DNA of 24,214 nucleotides. Origin: Planctomycetota bacterium (lineage in GTDB: Bacteria; Planctomycetota; UBA11346). Under the pieces are notes generated by a model. That model was given only the letters and a program-made list of their open reading frames with translations. It made no database searches and was not told the DNA's origin. Numbering within the stretch: the stretch's first letter is position 1; each line of letters begins with the position of its first letter. The stretch spans positions 1 through 24,214 of the forward strand of contig JBBRLJ010000064.1 of the NCBI GenBank assembly GCA_038231435.1, read 5' to 3'. This document shows, one piece after another, positions 18,458 to 24,214 of this stretch. Made by a program: the position numbers and the translations under genes.

Positions 18458-18547
18458 GGACGGGTCATTGATGCAGTGAATTCGAGCATGAGAGCCTCAC
18501 GAGGATCTCATCCTTCAGGCCGTTCGAGCAGTTTCGTCAATGACTTG

Positions 18548-18631
18548 TCCATCACTGCCTCCATCACTGCCTCCATCACTGCCAAGGGCGCCTTCGAAGC
18601 GATCGCCCTTTCGGTGGCGACCGTGGCGACC
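18548..18631. repeat. Short tandem repeats
   Basis: TCCATCACTGCC x3 (18548-18583) and GTGGCGACC x2 (18614-18631). Confidence 0.85.
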
Positions 18632-19163
18632 GTCGCGTCGAGCATGAGGCGATCGGCTGACATTCCCGGAAAGGAGAGCACGGTTTCGCGGGTAAGCCGT
18701 CGGGCACTTGGCCGACGCCTTCGCCCAGTGAGGGAACATCGGGAATGCCACTCCCTGTTCCCGATTGATTCATGAAAGGTCTGCGCCCGCCTGAGCGGTT
18801 GCGTCGTTGGGGCCAGAGGGAAGAAAACGCATGCGATGAGAACTTCCTTTTTTGTAGTCTCAGGATCCCAGGAGTCGGATGCGTAGACGGCGGCTCCGGC
18901 ACTCGGACACCCGCGCCGTTCATTTGGCCTGAAAGCGCATGCTGGTGCTCGGCGTCGATATGAAGTCGGAGCCCGAGAGCGCCGACCTGGCCCAGGCCAG
19001 GAGCCGTTTCGGAGATGTTGCCGACCGGAACCATGCGGTTGAGCTTCATGAAAACCCGACGAATTCCGTGTGCGGCCGGCCGGACTGAATGCGCAGCTGC
19101 GTGCACTGGTCGTCACCAGCGCTTGCTTCACCTTCAGCGAACGGTAATTTCATGGATAGATTG

Positions 19164-19179
19164 ATTCCACATATGAAAC
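19164..19179. promoter_or_regulatory. Candidate IclR operator overlapping its own start codon
   Basis: Quasi-palindrome ATTCCACATATGAAAC (reverse complement GTTTCATATGTGGAAT) in an AT-rich patch; possible TTGCTT-N16-TAATTT promoter at 19123-19150. Confidence 0.5.
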
Positions 19180-19913
19180 ATGCTCAAGACGCAGCCCCCG
19201 CCCTATCACGCGGCCTCGCGCTGCTCAGGCTCCTCGATGGCGATGTCCTCGCGACGCTCGAGGATCTCGCGCGCAGCGCCAAGTTGCCCAAGGCTTCCGC
19301 CCTGCGTTTGCTGCGAGCGTTACAGGCTGCCGGCTTGATCGCGCGCGAGCCCGAAGGAAAGCGCTGGCGCGCCAGCGCGCGAATTGTGCGGATCGCCGAA
19401 GGAGACACCGTCCTGCTCGCGCGCCACACGGCAGACCTCGATCATCTGTGCGCAGCGACCGGGCAGGTGGTGGAGCTGTACGTGCTCGTGGCTGACGGGA
19501 TGCGCATGCTCGATCGCCGCGAACCGGCACGCGCTGGAATCGCGCTGCGGGCGCAGATCGGCTTCCTCCGCGACTTCGTTGAGCTCGAGGCCGTGGCGCA
19601 GATCGGCCTCGCCCATCGAGCCGTGCGCGTCGGGCGAGGCCATTGGTGCTATCGCGATGGTCTCAAGCAGCCATTGACCGCGCAAAGCGCGGCGGCCGTC
19701 GTCGCGTTGGCGCGAGCGCGCGGATGGGCCTCCGATCTTGCCGCCAATGCGTATGGCGTGAGACGGGTCGCCGTGCCGTTGCTCGACGGCTCGGGAAAGC
19801 TGTCGGGCGCGTTGGCCATCGCCGCTGTGGGTCCTGATATTGCCAACCAGCGTCTCGGGCGGCTACGTGACCTGCTGATCTCAACGGCCCGCCGCTCACA
19901 CTCCAGGGAGTGA
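19173..19913 (+). CDS. IclR-family transcriptional regulator
   Basis: APALSRGLALLRLL...TLEDLARSAKLPKASALRLLRAL HTH; C-terminal ARARGWA...GVRRVAVPL...GALAI. Start is 19173 or 19152. Confidence 0.88.
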   Translation: MKHAQDAAPALSRGLALLRLLDGDVLATLEDLARSAKLPKASALRLLRALQAAGLIAREPEGKRWRASARIVRIAEGDTVLLARHTADLDHLCAATGQVVELYVLVADGMRMLDRREPARAGIALRAQIGFLRDFVELEAVAQIGLAHRAVRVGRGHWCYRDGLKQPLTAQSAAAVVALARARGWASDLAANAYGVRRVAVPLLDGSGKLSGALAIAAVGPDIANQRLGRLRDLLISTARRSHSRE

Positions 19914-19915
19914 CC

Positions 19916-21406
19916 ATGCGCATCATCTATATCGATATCGATACCCTCCGCGCCGACCATCTCGGGTGCTATGGGTATCACCGCGATACGAGCCCGGCTA
20001 TCGACGCCATCGCGCGCGAGGGAATACGACTCGAGCGATGCTACGCGTCCGATACGCCCTGTCTGCCGAGTCGCACCGCGCTTACCGCTGGTCGCTTCGG
20101 CATCCGCACCGGCGTGATCAATCATGGCGGCGTCGCTGCCGATCCATTCATCGAAGGTCCCGACCGGCAGTTCCGTGCGCAGCTGAACGAAGAAAGCTGG
20201 GTCATGTGCTTGCGCCGTGCTGGGCTGAAGACAGCGACGGTGTCGACTTTCGGCGAACGTCACTCATCGCTGCATTGGTACGCAGGTTATAACGATGTCA
20301 TCAACATCGGTCTGGGCGGCATGGAATCGGCGCACGAAGTCATGCCCGAGGCACTGTCGTGGCTCGGGCGACATGCGGCGCGCGATGACTGGTTCCTCCA
20401 CCTCCATCTGTGGGACCCGCACACCCCGTACCGCGCGCCGGCCGCGTATGGCGAGCCCTTCGCTGGCGTTGCGCCACCCACGTGGCTGACCGAAGAGGTG
20501 CGCGCCGCGCACTGGGCAGGATTCGGCCCGCATGGCGCGCAAGAGGTGTGTGGTTTTGCTCCCGATCCCGAGGCCGAGCGACGGTGGCCACGCCAACCCC
20601 AGCAGATCCGTGATGCCCGTGACGTCCGCCGCCTCTTCGACGGCTATGACACCGGTATCCGCTACGCTGACGACCATGTCGCGCAATTGGTGGCCGCGCT
20701 CCGTGCCGCGGGAATCTATGACGATACGGCGATCATCATCAGCGCCGACCACGGTGAAACCCTCGGCGAGCTGGGGATCTATGCCGACCACCAGACCGCA
20801 GACGAATTCACCCATCGCGTGCCCATGATCGTGCGCTGGCCAGGCGTGACCGATTCCCATGCCGGCGCTGCCCTCAACGGGCTGCGCTACCAATTCGATG
20901 TGGCCGCGACGGTCATCGAGCTTGTCGGGGGAAAGGTTCCGTCGAACTGGGACGGCCTCGGCTTCGCCGCTGCATTGCGCGCTGGGCACGATTCCGGCCG
21001 CGAACATCTGATCCTATCGCAAGGTGCCTGGACCTGCCAACGCTCGATCCGCTGGGACCGCTGGCTCTGCATCCGCACCTACCATGACGGCTACCACGGG
21101 TTCCCCGACCTCATGCTGTTCGACGTCGTCACCGATCCGCACGAGCAGCACGACCTGGCAGCGCGCCATCCAGACATCGTCGCGCAAGCGCTCGCGCGCC
21201 TCGATACCTGGCATGGCGAGATGATGCGTCAGTCAGGTCACGGCGTCGACCCGATGTGGACCGTCTTGCGTGAAGGCGGCCCCTACCACACGCGTGGCCA
21301 GCTCCCCCAGTACCTCGAGCGATTGCAAGCGACTGGTCGCAGCGCAGGCGCACAGCGCCTCGCGGCAGGACCACTGCGAGCCCTCTCCAGCGCCTTCTCC
21401 GGATAG
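19916..21406 (+). CDS. Formylglycine-dependent (Cys-type, S1) sulfatase, cytoplasmic
   Basis: GGGAG SD, 2 nt after the iclR stop; IDIDTLRADHLGCYGY, CLPSR (C-x-P-x-R), WDPHTPY, ISADHGE, LFD...DP.EQ.DLA. Confidence 0.93.
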   Translation: MRIIYIDIDTLRADHLGCYGYHRDTSPAIDAIAREGIRLERCYASDTPCLPSRTALTAGRFGIRTGVINHGGVAADPFIEGPDRQFRAQLNEESWVMCLRRAGLKTATVSTFGERHSSLHWYAGYNDVINIGLGGMESAHEVMPEALSWLGRHAARDDWFLHLHLWDPHTPYRAPAAYGEPFAGVAPPTWLTEEVRAAHWAGFGPHGAQEVCGFAPDPEAERRWPRQPQQIRDARDVRRLFDGYDTGIRYADDHVAQLVAALRAAGIYDDTAIIISADHGETLGELGIYADHQTADEFTHRVPMIVRWPGVTDSHAGAALNGLRYQFDVAATVIELVGGKVPSNWDGLGFAAALRAGHDSGREHLILSQGAWTCQRSIRWDRWLCIRTYHDGYHGFPDLMLFDVVTDPHEQHDLAARHPDIVAQALARLDTWHGEMMRQSGHGVDPMWTVLREGGPYHTRGQLPQYLERLQATGRSAGAQRLAAGPLRALSSAFSG

Positions 21407-21483
21407 TGTGGTGCGCGGGCTTGAGCATGCCGACACAAGGACACGGCATCTCCTGAGTTGCCGACATCCATGTGACCGGACGG

Positions 21484-21537
21484 GGAGCCGGAAGGCGTCT
21501 ACAACAGAGGCCGAACTCTCGATCTACTGCATGGCAA
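21484..21537 (-). other. Degenerate 3' half of tRNA-Gly(GCC); possible relic att site
   Basis: Minus strand reads TTGCCAT (anticodon loop) GCAGT AGATC (variable loop) GAGAG-TTCGGC-CTCTG (T arm) [11-nt insertion] TTCCGGC-T-CC; the 5' half is absent. Confidence 0.5.
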
Positions 21538-21627
21538 GGTTCGACGGGCATTCGGCACAAGACCATGAATTAACACATCTTATGGCTTAAGCCGCCCGCC
21601 CGCCCGGCCGCCCGCAGTTGCGAAGTC

Positions 21628-21683
21628 GGACAAACCCGGACAAACCAGGACATTACCGGACGCAACTGCTGCATCTGCTGCAC
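21628..21683. repeat. 10-bp-phased GGAC repeats plus a CTGCTGCA doublet
   Basis: GGACAAACCC/GGACAAACCA/GGACATTACC/GGACGCAACT at 21628, 21638, 21648 and 21658; then CTGCTGCA-T-CTGCTGCA. Confidence 0.75.
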
Positions 21684-21798
21684 GATCCGCAGCTCGTTTC
21701 GGGGCCTGCGAGGGCCCCAAGGCCTTTCCTTTACCTATCACTCGAAGCACCCGATGGTCGCGCTGCACGCAGTCGCGTCGCCCCCGAGGATCCATCAC

Positions 21799-22911
21799 AT
21801 GCTCGACGATCTTCCCCCGATGCTCCGCATCCTGGCCGCCACGGTGCTGGCCAAACAGAACAAGGTCCTGTTTGCTGAGCTCGCCTTTTTCCGGGCGGAA
21901 AACGCCTTCTATCGGCAGCAACTGCCGGCGCAGCGCTTCACCTTCAGCCGTGCCTGGAAGCGACGCTTCGCCGAAGTCGGCGCGGCCCTTGGCTGGAAGC
22001 GCCTGAGGGAGATATGCACGGTCGCCGCCGTGAGGACTTTCCAGCGCTGGAATTCCGAGCTGAAGCGGGGCGTGCTCGGTATCGCGCTCAAACGAGGGAC
22101 CCAGGCGTCCGAGGACCTCGGCTGAGATCGAAGCGCTGGTGGTCACGATGGCGACCGAGAACGACTGGGGCATCCACCGCATTTCGGGCGAGCTGCGGAA
22201 ATTCAGGGTCTTCCGCTGCCCCTCGACCGTCGCCAACATCCTCCGGCGCCACGGCGTCGAGCCCCTGGATCCCCAGCGCCGCGGTCGTGAGTCGGTCTGG
22301 AAACAGTTCATCGCCGAGCACGCTCACGAGATCATCGCCACCGACTTCTTCACGGTCGACGTCTGGGGATGGGTGGGGAAGACGACCGCGTACGTCTTGT
22401 TCGCCATCCACATCGCCACGCGCAAGGTCGAGATCCTGGGCGTGACGGACCACCCGGACGAGGACTACATGCAGCAGATCGCCCGGAATGTGACGATGGA
22501 GGATGTCGGTTGGTTCCGCCGCATGGGCGCCCGGTACCTGATCCACGACCACGACACCAAGTTCTGCGAGAGCTTCCGGAGCCTGCTGGGGACGGGGCCG
22601 GTGGCGTCGAGGCCATCAAGCTGCCGCCCAATTCGCCAAATCTGAACGCGTTCGCTGAAAGTTGGGTGAGGTCCGTAAAAAGAGAGTGCCTGCGCAAGGT
22701 CACCTGCCTGGGCTTCGGCGGACTCAGGCGCGCCCTGCGGGAGTATCTGGTGCACTATCACGCCGAGAGACCGCACCAGTCGCTGGAGAATGCTCCGCCA
22801 GTGGCCCCACCACCTGTGCAAATTATAGATGCACGGGGTTCGATCGGGAGAATCGGGTGCCGGACACGGCTCGGCGAGGTGTTGAAGCACTACTACCGAG
22901 AGGCCGCGTAG
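21799..22911 (+). mobile_element. IS with an integrase-core (rve, DDE) transposase pseudogene carrying two frameshifts
   Basis: Three fragments: FRAENAFYRQQLP...TFQRW; RPRTSAEIEALVVTMATENDWG.HRISGEL...ATDFFTV...LIHDHDTKF; LPPNSPNLNAFAESWVRSVKRECL...HYHAERPHQSL...YYREAA. Shifts near 22103 and 22590; element ends not defined. Confidence 0.88.
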
Positions 22912-23195
22912 TCGGATTGTGAGCTTCAGTGAGCCGGCGAGCGTCCAGCCACCAGCTGGACGGTGGCGGCGCCGTGCCTTGGCAGAAAATATGAGGCTGC
23001 TGCTCGCCATGGTCGCCGACACATCATGCTGCTGTGTGGTCTGTGAAAAACGAAAATCTCCGGGTAGAAGCGCGGGATTCGGGCGTTCTGATATGTGCAA
23101 AGTACGGTCAACGATCACTGGGAAATGGAGCGAATTCCAGGTCAACGCTCGTCGAACCATACGCCCCCGCCCTCCGCTGCCTCGCCGTGTCCGCA

Positions 23196-24214
23196 CTATT
23201 TCGCCGGCATTGCAGCGTCTGCCGGCTTCGCCGCATCCAGCGCGCGCGGCTGCGCCGTGCCCAGGTAGTAGGCCTGGTACCTGGGGAAGCAGAACTCGGC
23301 GAGCTTGCGCCCCATCGCCAGGCCGACGTCGTTGTCGGTGCGGATGTGGTAGCCGCCGAGCATGCGCGACAGCGCCGCCATTTCTGATACGGCCGAGAAG
23401 GTCGGCAGTTTGAGGTCGATGTGGCAGTCCTGCTGGACGTCGGTCGCGGGCACGCCCTCGACCGCCTCGATCTGGCTCATCGGCAGGCCCGCCTCGGTCA
23501 GCTCGCCGGCGCAGCGCTTGGCCACGGCGCCGAAGCGATCACTGCCGCTGAACAGCTCGAGCATCTTCGACGAGGCGCCGCTGACCGTTGCGTGGCCCGA
23601 GGTGTAGCCTGGGAACGGCGGCGTTACGAAGGTGTCGGGCGAGTAGGGATGCCACTGCTCGGCCGGGATCAGCTTGAAGCCGTTGCCGGGGCCGGCGTAG
23701 CCCTTCACCATCTTGCCCTTGTAGAGGTAGCGGACGTACCAGTACGGCCGCGAGGAATCGTAGAAGCGCTTGGTGTCCCAGTTCGCAATGAAGGCGTCGA
23801 AGGCGACGTTGGCGACACAGAAGAACAGCTTCACGTCCTGGTCGAGGCCGTAGCGGTCGCGGTGCGAGAGGTCCTCGGCGAAGCGCAGCCAGTGGCCCGA
23901 CTGGCCGGTCGAGCGCGGGCCGTCGCGCATGAACTCGACGACCGCCTTCTGCTCGACGGTGAGCGAGCCGTTGCACGCGATGCACTCGTCGACGTCCTTC
24001 CTCATCTGCTCGGAATCGGCCTTGGGCGGCGGCCCGGGACGGAACTGGTCGTTGCTGTCCAGCGCGACCGACTGCACGCGACCCCAGTGCGGCGTCAGGA
24101 ATCCGGGCCTGATGGTTCCGCCCTTGCCGTCGCTGAAGGGGATGGGCTTCCAGCGGTCGGGATCCTGCTCCTCGTCCGGGCCGCGGACGGGCTTGTAGCC
24201 GGTGTAGTCCGAAT
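23196..24214 (-). CDS. Vanadium-dependent haloperoxidase / PAP2-superfamily protein (5' end outside the window)
   Basis: K-x6-RP (KRFYDSSRP), TPPFPGYTSGH, SR-x5-H-x3-D (SRMLGGYHIRTD); the frame stays open to the edge (SDYTGYKP...FLTPHWGRV). Confidence 0.88.
   Translation of the reverse strand, partial: SDYTGYKPVRGPDEEQDPDRWKPIPFSDGKGGTIRPGFLTPHWGRVQSVALDSNDQFRPGPPPKADSEQMRKDVDECIACNGSLTVEQKAVVEFMRDGPRSTGQSGHWLRFAEDLSHRDRYGLDQDVKLFFCVANVAFDAFIANWDTKRFYDSSRPYWYVRYLYKGKMVKGYAGPGNGFKLIPAEQWHPYSPDTFVTPPFPGYTSGHATVSGASSKMLELFSGSDRFGAVAKRCAGELTEAGLPMSQIEAVEGVPATDVQQDCHIDLKLPTFSAVSEMAALSRMLGGYHIRTDNDVGLAMGRKLAEFCFPRYQAYYLGTAQPRALDAAKPADAAMPAK

Noticed and set aside
18508..19131. 207-aa and 176-aa minus-strand ORFs
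   Set aside because: Atypical composition, no clear SD or motif, and one is partly built from tandem repeats; more likely decayed sequence.
21484..21560. Functional tRNA gene
   Set aside because: No D arm or acceptor 5' strand, a shortened T loop and an 11-nt insertion; kept only as a fragment.
21750..23165. Terminal inverted repeats CCGATGGTCG / CGAACCATACG for the IS
   Set aside because: The match requires gaps and is too short to support.

Overview
High-GC bacterial chromosomal window; the secreted-protein style and the transposase type suggest Planctomycetota/PVC, which is inference only. The left ~4 kb is housekeeping-like: thiD, a DUF6941-like gene, two small hypotheticals and trmJ. 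The rest is an accessory, carbohydrate-oriented mosaic. It holds an unusual GH65/GH95-like six-hairpin glycosidase, a GH38 alpha-mannosidase, a GH28-like beta-helix enzyme, and a surface beta-strand-repeat protein with an in-frame TGA in its signal peptide. It also holds an AraC / PhyH dioxygenase / ABM module, a C39-like peptidase, a DUF1801 gene, a secreted GATase-like + clan GH-A fusion, a decayed beta-helix gene, IclR + sulfatase, a frameshifted integrase-core transposase and the 3' part of a vanadium haloperoxidase-like gene. The most notable signals not shown by the ORF track are: (i) a degenerate 3' half of tRNA-Gly(GCC) followed by 10-bp-phased repeats, resembling a relic att junction; (ii) four genes with an identical TANNNT-N6-ATG leaderless layout; (iii) readable AraC and IclR operator candidates; (iv) clusters of GNA-triloop REP/MITE-like hairpins. 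I found no CRISPR array, rRNA or intact tRNA, and no clear-cut novel multi-gene system. All family calls come from motif recognition, not database searches.
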